From Fimicolochytrium jonesii (Eukaryota): a DNA stretch of 64,000 nucleotides. Shown one piece after another: positions 1 through 10,294 of this stretch. Position numbers and translations under genes: made by a program. The stretch is taken from the NCBI RefSeq assembly GCF_025526975.1, contig NW_026515669.1, forward strand, positions 1,488,001 to 1,552,000, given 5' to 3'. Under the pieces are notes generated by a model. The model had not been told where the DNA came from. It did no database searches and saw only the letters and a program-made list of their open reading frames with translations. Within the stretch, counting starts at the first letter, position 1; every line of letters begins with the position of its first letter.

Positions 1-886
1 GAGTCATCAAGTAGACTTGGTTTTGGAGACCGATGTCTCTCAGGAAAGTCGGAGCAACCATTGACAAGGCTGACGCAGAATGATTGATTAGCCGGATCCT
101 CCTTGTAAACCATCCTTCCGTCGCCTGATACTGCAACTCCAATAGCTTTCCGCTCAGCGTGCGCAGAAAGATTCTCCCCTCTTTCGACCCCTCGATCTGC
201 AGAATATGCTCGCTATCGGTAGGAATCGACAGATCAGTCCTGAAAATTGTCAATTCTGTCGACGGATTACCCTTTACGGCGAAAGCCACGCCAAGAATAA
301 TAATCTCCAGTCGAGTAGCAACAACAAGCAGGTAATCGATCTGTTCAAGAAAAACTCCTGGGGTGGGCCGCACAAGGCCTACACTACAGATCAGCTGCTC
401 CTGATCATCGTAGCAAGAGGTGGCGTTCGGGCTGTTATCGTTGAAGTTCCACAGATACAGTTTCGAATCCATCGTTATCCACACTCGTTCGATTTCTGGG
501 AACAGGCCCATAAAGGTTTTACACTGAACGGAATCGTACTGCTCGTAGACATAGTTGGGCAGAGACACGAAACCGTCGGCTCTCAAGTAGTTCTGGACTC
601 CCGCAAGCGTTGTTGAGGCTTCTCTCAGCTGTTCATCGGAAAGTCTGACGAGAAGCTCCCAGAGATCAGGGTAACGGTCGCGCTGTAAATTCTCATCAAG
701 CACCGCCGCGGCGTTTCGTAGACGATCATGCCGTTGAAGCAGAGTGGATTGCTGTTGTTGGCGATGCTGTTGTGGTTGAGTGATTTCGAAGTCTCGAGCG
801 GGGAGACCATAGCCAGCAGCTTGTGGTGGTTGGCCCACCATCCCACCCCACGGACGCGCAAGATCGTCCAGGTTCCCGTACGGCAT
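1..886 (-). CDS. NUP155: Nucleoporin Nup155/Nup170 family, 5' part; runs off the left edge
   Basis: Manual translation from ATG 886 gives YEQYDSVQCKTFMGLFPEIERVWITMDSKLYLWNF and LICSVGLVRPTPGVFLEQIDYLLVVATRLEIIILGV, typical of the Nup155/170 N-terminal propeller. The ORF is absent from the supplied track. Confidence 0.88.
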   Translation of the reverse strand, partial: MPYGNLDDLARPWGGMVGQPPQAAGYGLPARDFEITQPQQHRQQQQSTLLQRHDRLRNAAAVLDENLQRDRYPDLWELLVRLSDEQLREASTTLAGVQNYLRADGFVSLPNYVYEQYDSVQCKTFMGLFPEIERVWITMDSKLYLWNFNDNSPNATSCYDDQEQLICSVGLVRPTPGVFLEQIDYLLVVATRLEIIILGVAFAVKGNPSTELTIFRTDLSIPTDSEHILQIEGSKEGRIFLRTLSGKLLELQYQATEGWFTRRIRLINHSASALSMVAPTFLRDIGLQNQVYLMT

Positions 887-1249
887 TCTACAAGCTGCCT
901 AGAAACCGAAGTCGAACTAAACCAGTATCCGAGAAGCCCTGACGGAAGCAGTATTTCGAAGGCAACAATGCGCGCTCAAGTTGAAAATTGAGGCCAGAGT
1001 CGAAAGGAGCAGAAGGGCAAAGTGAGCAGTCGAGGGACTTAATACTGTAATTAAGGCATACCCCATATGTATATTTAGTTTCTCGTAAGCCCCATACACA
1101 TTTCGACACCGGGCAAATCGATTCTCACAAGAGTTCAACACTTGCACGAATTGCTCTGTGAACTACCTACGCCGCTCTCCGCATCATCAGTCGCTTGGTG
1201 CAATCAGCTTTCGAAGAGAAGACTACCCTTCTTCAGGATACTCTGTGCA

Positions 1250-3315
1250 ATGATGGCACCTATACGCAAAAAAGCTATGCCGCCAGGCTCTCACCAAGGC
1301 CCGGCGGAAGCCAGCAGTCGTCCGACCCAAGCGGTCTTGGGCGGGATCACATTCGCAGCGAGCCTTCCGCCAGGAGTTAAGAAGGGAACGCCTGTGCCAG
1401 AGCATATACCATTATCTACGACGGGAGCCGCACCACCCCCAGTCAAAAGAAGTGCGTCAAATGCGCACGGCGTAACAGTTGTGGTGGAACCGTCAACTGA
1501 GGTGGCAGACAACGACGAAACTTTCGTCACGCAAAAAGGAGGAAAGATGTGAGTTTTGACAGTTCCACAAGACAGGTGTTGAAAGAATACTCTGCTCACA
1601 GCACATGTCGCTGACAGAGACCTCATTCCTATATGCTGCGGGGGATCTGGTCTGATATAGCGTCCAAAATCCGCAGGTCACTTTACAAAATGAGGTGAGT
1701 GGCCATAGAAATGATCTAAATAATTCGTCCTCAAGTTGCTGAGCGTATCCATCTCAATTCAGCGGATGCCGTCCATGTTCGAGTCTCGTCGCACGCTTCA
1801 ATCAACTCTGTTACTGCAAAAGAAGAAGGAAATGCAGGCCGTACAGCTGGAGCTGGAGAAAAGAAGGCTAGAGTTCGCCAAAAGAATGAGTGGATGCAAA
1901 GACCGACAGGAAGAACTTCGTTCCAAGGTACTATCCCGGACATTGGCACTATACTAGCGTAGCATCGTATTGACTTTACCGTTCTCATCTGTAGCAAAAG
2001 CAAATACGAGACCGGGTGAACAAGTTCGAGAGGTTCCTAAAAGAAAACGACGCAAAACGGCAACGTGCCAATCTCAAAGCCCAGACAGAGAAGAAATCTC
2101 GGGAGCAAAAGGTAAGCATTTTATACATAATTTGCAAGGAGCCTATGACATAGCAAACTCACATCATATGACAAACGAACCCTGCGTTCTTAGGAGCACG
2201 AACTACTTGGACTCCTCAAACAGTTAAATTTGGAGCAGATCAAGCATGGAAGCGTTTTGCACCTCATCAGTAGAGCACTCCTAGCTTTATGTCGATCTAA
2301 TGATGGAAGAAGGCTGATCCGGCTACTGCAATTCACAGAGAAGTACGAGATCTATGAGGCGTATCTGCAGTCAGTTGTGGACGTCCTTCCCCCAGAGTAC
2401 CTGGACGTCAATGAACCACATATCAACGACATCCTTATGCGCCACAAAACGCTAGTCGAAACAAATGATGATTTACGGCAGGCCGTTCAAAAATCGCAGG
2501 ACGAGATCGAATCGGAGCAAACGAGGTTGGGCGAGCTGGTAAAGGTATGTATGCGACGGATCGCATCGTCCTTTTGCACCAAATCTGTGATCTAATACAA
2601 GCGCTTGTTTGCCCACGACACTCTCAGGAGAAGAACGATCTAATATTGGTGCAGAACTCCACCCTGGGCACGCAGCAGAAACGGCTAGATCAGCTGAAAC
2701 AGGAATGTGCATACCTTGAGCAAAGGCTTGAAGAACGAGATAACACCGGCAAGGAGAGGGTACGCCGCATCTCCGGTTAAATTTGTTGTACGTTGGCACA
2801 GAAACACTTACATCCTATTACTCCAGATGCGTATGCTTAGCGAAACAAAACTTGCTATCAATAACATTTACGACCGCATCGGACTTCGGCCACATGCTGC
2901 GCTGGAAACGCCACCGGCGCAGGTGGTCATTACCCCACCTGGTGCTGCTCGCGGCCCAGATACACTGGTTCAACAGCAACAACAGCAACATGGAGGATTT
3001 GGAGCAGCGCTAGTTCCTCCACCACCGCCAGCCTTTCTTTCGAAAGACTACGTTGATAACTCAGCGAAAGCACTGGGCGAAAGGCTTCACGCAATACAAG
3101 ATAGGGTGCTAGATTTGGGCCGTAAGTGTTATCGTCTGCTTACTGACTAAGATTCCCCGGTTAACCTGTCCGCAGATATCGCCCAGCGAACGGAACAGGC
3201 TATCCTCGGGCAAGACCATGCGGTGAAGGGAAAGAAGCAACCTGCGGGCACACCTAGCCCTATGATGGCGTCCATTTCCCAACCAGCGGAGGCTTCTGCC
3301 ATCAAAACACATTAG
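1250..3315 (+). CDS. CCDC42/CFAP73-family (DUF4200) coiled-coil ciliary protein, multi-exon
   Basis: Spliced peptides STLLLQKKKEMQAVQLELEKRRLEFAKRM...VNKFERFLKENDAKRQRA...YEIYEAYLQSVV; several short GT-AG introns; stop at 3313-3315. Confidence 0.8.
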
Positions 3316-4767
3316 TGTTTGAAACCCTGAGGCAGACGCTCGCTATGAACCTTGCAATTTGTGTATACAGCCGTCAAACGAAGCAGAGCCAAAACTCTAC
3401 TCTGCAAAGAATTGTGTGAATATTTGTGCAGCACCGTTATTGTCGTTCATCAGACCCATCATGCGCATCTGAACGCTTTGCGCGCTTCCCAATGACATCG
3501 CTTTCCATCTATTTATTTACGGGCCTTCGATTTCAAGAATGACGAACTTGTATCACATCTCTTTGCTGGGACCATGGGGAGCGTTGCGCGGCCAACGGGT
3601 CCTGGCCTGTTATGATGTTGTAGTATGGAGATCGAGCCTAAAAATGCAAACACATATGTTTTCAGTCAACGGAAGATTGCAATGTGAGCGAATCATCAAG
3701 TCCGTACATTTGCGACATCATCTTGATGCTGGAACGTCTCAATCACAGCGCGGTGACCGGCTCTGTATCCACCGTATTGGTCTCCGTAGAGTTGTACTCC
3801 TGAGAATCGGCATTCTTAGTTTCGCGGAACTCTCTGAATGAATTGCACGCTGGCCTCTCCACCTGTAATGATATCATATCTGGCCTTGTTCTCTCCGTAA
3901 CCAACCGCTGCAGGTGATCCTGGACGGAAGGTTCCTTCCGGAGCTGCTCTAATCCCAGCAGCTTCAGCGTTTGTACTGCGACCAGCGTTACCTCCCTCAA
4001 CCTTCTGTGGCTGTGCCGGTCCCTTCTGAACTTCAGTCTTCTCAGTCGCAACAGTAGGCTTTCCCGACAAGTCGCCATTTGTCACGGTCAAATTCTGAGT
4101 GGGGTCCAAGGAAAGGCACCAGGAACATCTCCGTAAGCTTCAGTCCCAGCAGTGATACACGTGAACAAAGAATTCGCAGCAAGCTCACGTTTTTGAGGTG
4201 CCTACTAGGCAATTTGGGCAGCTGAACCTGCTTTCCGTTATGGTAGTTACTCATGCCCTTTACAATGACGCCCAACTTTCGATCCTTCTGCGCCCGAGAC
4301 GACAACACTGCGGCGGCTCCAGCTTTGCAGGCCTTATCGTGCATGAGGTGGGTGCCCGCCTTCTTCTCCAAAAGTGACGATGCCCCTGGTTTCCCCCGGG
4401 ACTGCAACTTGCCCGATAATGGATCCTTGTAGCTCTCCTTGTATTCGGTCATGAAGGGCTTGAAGATCGGGTGCCCGACGACGATACGATGCATTCGATT
4501 GACTTGCCGAGAATGTGATTCTTGAGTGCTTCTAAATGTGATACCGTATCTTCCGTTTTGGGGTCGCTTTTTGATATCTAGGTTCAACGTCCCAACTGAG
4601 GATATAATTGGTGAGCGTTTCCAATGCGATGCCCTATCTTCCGTTTGGAGTCGCTTTTTTGTAACGAGGTCCAGATTCCGAACGCTTTTCCAATGACAGG
4701 GAGGTCCAGGCGAACTCCGCTCTGTGTGGCTTGTGGTGTGTGCTTGTGGCTGGTACGTAGACATGTA

Positions 4768-5423
4768 CAGTCTGTTGCCATAAAGCAGGTCGCGCCTGAA
4801 ATTGAGTCACTGTCCTCGCGGCTGATCATGGTCCCGACTCCCTAATCACGGTATTAGGACCCCTAATCTAAATTTCGATCTGGGTTCCTAATCACGGTAT
4901 TGGGACCTCTAATCTAAACTAGATCTGGGTTCCTAATATTTTGTAAGTCCCCCGTTTGCGGCAATGACAGCGGCCATGCGTCCAGGCATTGAACCAATAA
5001 GTCTCTCTAAATGAACATCCATTGTCTGCCAGACATTCTGCACAATCCCGTTCAGCGTTGCAAAGTTCAGCAAGCTCGTCTGCTAAGGGTTGATACTTAA
5101 CTGGTCTGCTCCTGGGTTTTGTTGACTTGAATGCGTTGGGGTCGTCGCAATTTGCATTCTGGAACCTCCTCAGGGTTCTCTGAACGGTTCTGCAGGCACG
5201 GACTCTTGCTCTGCAATCTCTCTGGGTGTCTTGCCAGCGTTGCTCAACGCAACAATGGCTGCCCTCTTTTGGGGGGTGAGGGGTTTTGGCATTGTCGGTG
5301 TGGGAATGGGGAAGATGATCTCGCAATTGCGGCACTGTGAAGGGCTGTCCAGTGTGTCCGAAGCACCCGGCTACGGGCCGACTGTGCACGGCCAGGCGCG
5401 ACCTGCTTTATGGCAACAGACTG
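4768..5423 (-). mobile_element. Non-autonomous Tc1/mariner element (656 bp) with internally deleted transposase
   Basis: Perfect 31-bp TIRs (cagtctgttgccataaagcaggtcgcgcctg, 4768-4798 and 5393-5423) with TA TSD at 4766-67 and 5424-25. ATG 5292 gives the HTH MPKPLTPQKRAAIVALSNAGKTPREIAEQESVP/CRTVQRTLRRF, and the C-terminus LIGSMPGRMAAVIAANGGLTKY* ends at 4933. The DDE core is missing and there are frameshifts. Confidence 0.93.
4841..4937. repeat. Two ~46-bp direct repeats, each with a small hairpin, inside the Tc1 element
   Basis: cctaatcacggtatt(a/g)ggac...gatctgggtt at 4841-4886 and 4887-4931, plus a partial third copy. Confidence 0.85.
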
Positions 5424-5761
5424 TACATGTAAGCCAGGCCGGTGAATTCGACAGCGCGAACTCCGACAAGAGATTCTGGAAGTGGAAGTGGGGCTTTGAG
5501 CTTGACGGACTTTTTATCGAGCTTGTAGGCATTTTTCGGGCAAATCTATGGAAATGGGATGCAAAGGAAGAGAGGAAGGGCGTGGGGAAGGAGAATGCTT
5601 GTTCCTGAAGAATTTTGGAGGATAGGAGGGTTGACGGCAGGATACAAACCACTTGGTTAGAGTCTGTCCTTTAATGTGCAATGAGATATGGTTTAGCTAG
5701 ACGGTGATGTCAGGAAGGCTTAGAGAGTATATAGTTCGACTACTTATTCTTTTGGTATGTC

Positions 5762-5936
5762 TCGTTTTCCGATGATGATATTTAAATGGAAACTGCTCTG
5801 ATTGTGCCTGTGAGGACTACTTCTCCATGATTCTTCCTTAATACAAGTTGCCATCATCGGCGACGCCTCAGGCAGAGGTACAATGATGTGGATGGCAGAT
5901 AACCACCACGGAAAATGGGATGGGGTGAAATCTAGA
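5762..5936 (-). ncRNA. Candidate Fanzor omegaRNA scaffold
   Basis: Lies immediately 3' of the Fanzor stop. Hairpins at 5888-5909, 5866-5878, 5847-5864 and 5766-5792; perfect 9-bp complement between 5852-5860 and 5769-5777 (pseudoknot-capable). Confidence 0.5.
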
Positions 5937-8848
5937 CTACCGGTTACGGGAGAATGCGTCTGGTCTGCGGCCATCAATGCCAAACACCACCGAGCGCACA
6001 ATCGAGAGGAAATTCTTGGTGCTCAGGACGTCCCGATTGTGCACTCTCATCCGTAGTCGTAGTGGTTGTCTTCTTCCAGGAATCTCAAATGGCGTCCAGT
6101 CTTGGTGATATATTCGGGGTTGGGGCAACCCACCAATCCATGGACGTATTCCATTCTTCCCTTTCTAGCTTGCCACAGCCGAGATGACAGCCGGCGTCGG
6201 ATGTTTTTCTTCACACGCCCGTGGCAGTCTGGGCACACGGAAGACGTTCGATACTCATCTAGCAAGTAGCATGGGATGCTGTTTCTTGCAAAGAGTGTGC
6301 GGAATCTGATTTCCATGAAGATGAGTTAGCATATTAAAATACATAAAAAACAATGATGGTCACTCACCCCTTGGTCTTTGATTACTCCTGAAAGCGCATG
6401 GTTTTTCCAGCGTCGCTCCAATCACCCAAGATGACCGCAAAATGCTTTCCATACAGGCGTCGCATGTTCTTGATGAGCTTGCTCTCAGACTTTTGCCGCA
6501 GTGAGAACGCCTTGAATCTGCGAGCCACGTGAATCTCATCCTGGTAAAACTCATCCAGGGCGGGATCTGGGATATGGATGGATGTCAGCCCATGTGTTAC
6601 CAAAGTTGAAAATCAAAGTTGAAGTGGAACATCATACCCGCATATTCGTAATCCACGATGAACGCTGAGACTGCCTCGATGTTCATGCTCTTGTGCGATG
6701 GAATATGTGATTCCATCTCAGCGATGCCGGCATTGATCTTTCGCTCTGTCATGTCTCTTTGAAAGTACCGAGACTTTGTCTCGACCGCCCGTTGATTGGA
6801 TGTGTATCTGATAAATGCATTGTGAGGACGCCGCAGCGGAATGTCGAACGAAGGGGATGGTGGGGACGGAGGTGGGGACAGCGGCGACAGCGGCGACAGC
6901 GGGGACGGCGGGATAGCGGGGACGGCGGGATAGTGGGGACGACGGGATAGCGGGGACGGCGGGATAGCGGGGACGGTGGGATAGCGGGGACGGCGGGATA
7001 GCGGGGACGGCGGGATAGCGGGGACGGCGGGATAGCGGGGACAGCAGGGCAGTAGTAATCAGCTGAAACTTACCGAAATGGCCGCTCCTTGTTGATGTCT
7101 CGACAGAACAAGAGGTCACGCTTGCCCGGATCAATGCTGACGATGTTTGGAGCCTCCCGTAGTTCGGCGATGTGGTGCTCAAAATACAGCTGCTTGACTT
7201 CTTCCTGCATTTGGGCTTTGCTGCGCTTCCGGGCGCGATGGCCGTACTTGAGCCCTGGCTTCTTGAAGTGGATGGTAGCGGAATACCCGTTTGTGCTGAT
7301 TGACCCATCAAATTTGAGACCAAGCTTCTTTCGATCCTTGAAGACCTTGTCCTGCAATCCGTCATTCAGCGAGGTGAGGTGATTGAAATAAGCGCAGAGG
7401 GATAGAGACTTACATTCACATTGAGAAACTGCCCCCACAGCTCCTGCTTGCGTTGATCGGTGAGTTTCCCCACGCGATGGCGGCTCAAGGCCAGGATATG
7501 AGTGGCTAGGATCATCGTGTCGATCCGAACAGATGACTGGATTCGAGATTTGCGCAGCGGGATAGCTGAAAACAGCCGCATTCTACGGCGCTCAAAGAGG
7601 CGCGAGAGCTCACAATAGGCACCTGTGATGAGGCAGGTGCGGACCATGATTAGACAAAGAGGAAGCCATGCGGGGGGGGGGGGGGGGGGCGGAAATATAC
7701 TAACTCACCTAAATATGGCATTGCGTCCACCGCAAGGCTGTATGCAAGCGGTTCATCCTGGGGAGGAAACAGAGCCCATAACTCGTCGAGGATGGTCCGC
7801 TCAAGTCGTGTGAGGCGTGCAAGCTCCTCTTCGGTTGGAAACTCTTCAAATGTCGCATACTTTGTAAACTGACGGACACGCTGATAATAGCGTCACCGCT
7901 GCGCTCTCCGGAGATGCCGTTCCACTTGCTTCAAACCAAGCCTTTCATTGACGTAGCGCAGAAACATTTGCATGAAATGCTCTTGTACGTTAACTTTGAG
8001 GTTTGTGAAGATGCTCATAGCCGTGTACGCTGCGGTCTGTTGGCAATATCGCATGCGGATGGGGGCGAATCCGTGAACATCACAGTACTTTTGAACCCGT
8101 GGACGCAACTCTTGCGCGATGACTGGATTGCCGTTGTAGCCTGGATTGTTGAGCAGCTCAAACATCACACTGATGTGCTTGTCGGTGATGTCCGGGAAAT
8201 CGTGTAGAGGATGATCAGCTGTGGTGGGGTGGGCAGATGTAGCAGTCAGGACATTGTTTTATGGGAAATATACAGTATAGTGTACCTCAAAAACTGACCA
8301 AGGTAGTACTTGATAAAGAAGGTGGTGTGGCGCGCAAGGACGTGAACATCAGCGATGAACGTTGTTAGGCGCTCCCTTTGCACTTGATTGTGATTATGGA
8401 TTCTGTGAAGGGAAACCTTCGTGCTGGCATGCGTCTGCGGGCGGGGTCGTTGAGCTGGTGGTGGTGGCGGTGGTGGTGGTGGTGGCGGGGGCTCATACAC
8501 CAGGGATCCCGGTGTGCTGGGAAAAAGGAAAGGGATGGGGGCGGGGAGGTTCAACGGACGCTGCAGACCCCTGTCCACGGGCGAAAGCCCTCGCTCCTGG
8601 CGCTGCTGCCCGTCTTCATCGCCGGAACTCTCGCCAACCATGTCTGCAATTGCTTGGGGCAAGTGGCGACGGACAGAAGGTGGGAGCTCGAATCGCGGGG
8701 GCTGCAGTGGTGTCTGCACAGCGGTTGGCGGATTTATGGGCAGCCGCGGGGTAACCGGAGTAACCTTCCTCCTCTTCCGCCGTGGTGTGGTTGCTCCCGT
8801 AAAGAAGCCACCCCACAGGTGCCCCTGGAGCACCTGGTGTGATGACAT
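5937..8848 (-). pseudogene. Fanzor: Fanzor1 (eukaryotic TnpB-like RuvC RNA-guided endonuclease), 7 exons, ~761 codons, inactivated
   Basis: Exons 8848-8299, 8218-7709, 7622-7414, 7351-7074, 6807-6638, 6566-6368 and 6305-5937, all GT-AG with consistent phases. Motifs: FSAIPLRK...RIDT, ISTNGYS, RuvC-I VSIDPGKRDLL, FRYTSNQRAVETK, ILGDWS, LDEYRTSSVCPDC, GCPNPE(Y), HNRDVLSTKNF. Stops at 7893-95 (TGA) and 6382-84 (TAA); frameshift near 6110. Confidence 0.92.
6858..7045. repeat. G-rich ~18-bp minisatellite inside Fanzor intron 4 (6808-7073)
   Basis: Tandem gcggggacggcgggata(g)-like units; they explain the spurious repetitive ORF 6718..7365. Confidence 0.9.
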
Positions 8849-9120
8849 GATGGCTGTGCTGTGCCTTTTGCGTGCCTGCTAGAGATGAGGTGTTGCAGGT
8901 GATTGCCGTGATAGCTGTGTGTCAAGGAACTCACGTCAGTGCTGTGGTAATGAGGCTGAGAACGGTGAGGAATTGCGGTTGTTACCTGGTGGCGGTTGAA
9001 GGTGAAACCGGGGTTGCTTACTGCTCACAATTGCGTTGGGAAGGACGGGGGTTGGGAAGGAGGTTTGGTATGTAATTGGGGGCCATGATGAGGTGCAATC
9101 AAGAGCGTGAGGTGTGCGAA

Positions 9121-9159
9121 GAGTGAGGAAGAGTAGAGTGAGGAAGAGTAGAGTGAGGA
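9121..9159. repeat. 15-bp tandem repeat upstream of Fanzor
   Basis: gagtgaggaagagta x2.6. Confidence 0.8.
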
Positions 9160-9214
9160 TTGTTCTTTACACGCGTGTAAAGGACGTGGGGTAGCTTCCA
9201 GGGCAGCTAGCTGG

Positions 9215-9378
9215 GCAGCTACCTGGGCGAGTGACGGCGAGTGACGGCTATGGCAGCAGCTACCTGGGCGAGTGACGGCGAGTGACGGCTATGGCAGCAG
9301 CTACCTGGGCGAGTGACGGCGAGTGACGGCTATGGCAGCAGCTACCTGGGCGAGTGACGGCGAGTGACGGCTATGGCA
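9215..9378. repeat. Four perfect 41-bp tandem repeats at the putative 5' end of the Fanzor element
   Basis: gcagctacctgggcgagtgacggcgagtgacggctatggca x4, starting at 9215, 9256, 9297 and 9338. Confidence 0.95.
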
Positions 9379-9562
9379 GCAAACTACAGTATGTCAAGTT
9401 GGGTCCGCCATGGCCCTCTAACAGCAGACCGTTGCGAATATGATCATAGTCTAGAGCCAGCATTGCGCAAGTAAAAAGGAGTTTTAAAGGAGCAAAGAGC
9501 AGACAGGCAGTACAATGATATGCTGGTGACCGGTGCTTATATAGCAATTCACATCTATGAAG

Positions 9563-10212
9563 CTATGAAGGGAGACATTGCTCGTCCGTCGTATAACTAT
9601 GCCTGCCCTCCTTCCAAATCCCGTCGTTCTTACACCACTCGGAAGTGGCTTCGAAGCAAGGGTGTTCACCGCAAGACGAGTTGGCACAATGGGCCCAGTA
9701 GGAAGAGAAGATGTTGGAGCCTACATAGTTCTTATATTCATCCCGTTCGCCGATGTTCCACTGAACTATGTTGTCAAGGGAGGTTACTAGTGGTAAGGGC
9801 CCCTCCATCCCCTCATCCTGCATAAGCGCCCGTAAGGTGTCGTCGAGCGTCACGAATGAGTCGGTGATGAGGTCTCGTTCGGTTGCGTATGTCGTGAGGG
9901 CGGCCAAGGCTTCCCTCTCTGTGATGGTGCTATTGTGTGGTATACGGAGGAAGTCGCAGAACGCAGGTGACAAGAAACAAGGAGCGGCGGATAACGATGG
10001 GTGAGGATCCACTCGAAAAACACGTGGCGAAGAGGGGTTGGGTTGAGCCAGACTTCCATCAGTTCGATGCTGCTCATACGAACGCAGCGACGACTGATCA
10101 TTTGAGTAAAAAGTAAGTCGAATCGTCGTATTTTCGCCTTGAACGCCTGGCAACGGTGTGTTTGAAGGATGTTGATTCGAGTCTCAAAGGGGAGATCGGC
10201 GTAGCTGGTCAT
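9563..10212 (-). pseudogene. SWIB/MDM2-like domain ORF, possibly frameshifted from an F-box-like N-terminus
   Basis: LSPAFCDFLRIPHNSTITEREALAALTTYATERDLITDSFVTLDDTLRALM resembles the SWIB consensus. The overlapping frame 9850..10212 starts MTSYADLPFETRINIL (F-box-like). Confidence 0.5.
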
Positions 10213-10294
10213 CTTCGGATTCTTCTCAATGGCTGGAGGGTCAGCGGTTGCGTTGATATGCTAACCCCCCCCCCCCCTCCTATTGCGGGTACAG

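Larger units (their letters stand above)
3816..5545 (-). pseudogene. Hypothetical multi-exon host gene interrupted in an exon by a Tc1-like element; the 5' exon may lie beyond the Fanzor element near 9463
   Basis: Acceptor ttccatag at 5546-5548 opens ICPKNAYKLDKK...EFTGLAYM. Removing 4768-5423 plus one TA joins this in frame to ORF 4042..4764 (MSTYQPQ...). A further exon lies at 3816..~4075. Confidence 0.5.

Noticed and set aside
5697..5700. Helitron 3' end (CTAG) for the Fanzor element
   Set aside because: No GC-rich hairpin shortly before it and no Rep/Hel gene; the nearby helicase is SF2 DEAH, not PIF1.
6718..7365. 215-aa ORF with RRPRYPAVPA repeats
   Set aside because: Off-frame read-through of Fanzor exon 4 and the intronic minisatellite.
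4768..8848. Tc1 element as the carrier of the Fanzor gene
   Set aside because: Both TIRs and TA TSDs close at 4768-5423, excluding the Fanzor; no matching TIR was found upstream of it.
9215..9378. CRISPR-like array
   Set aside because: The units are contiguous and identical, with no spacers.
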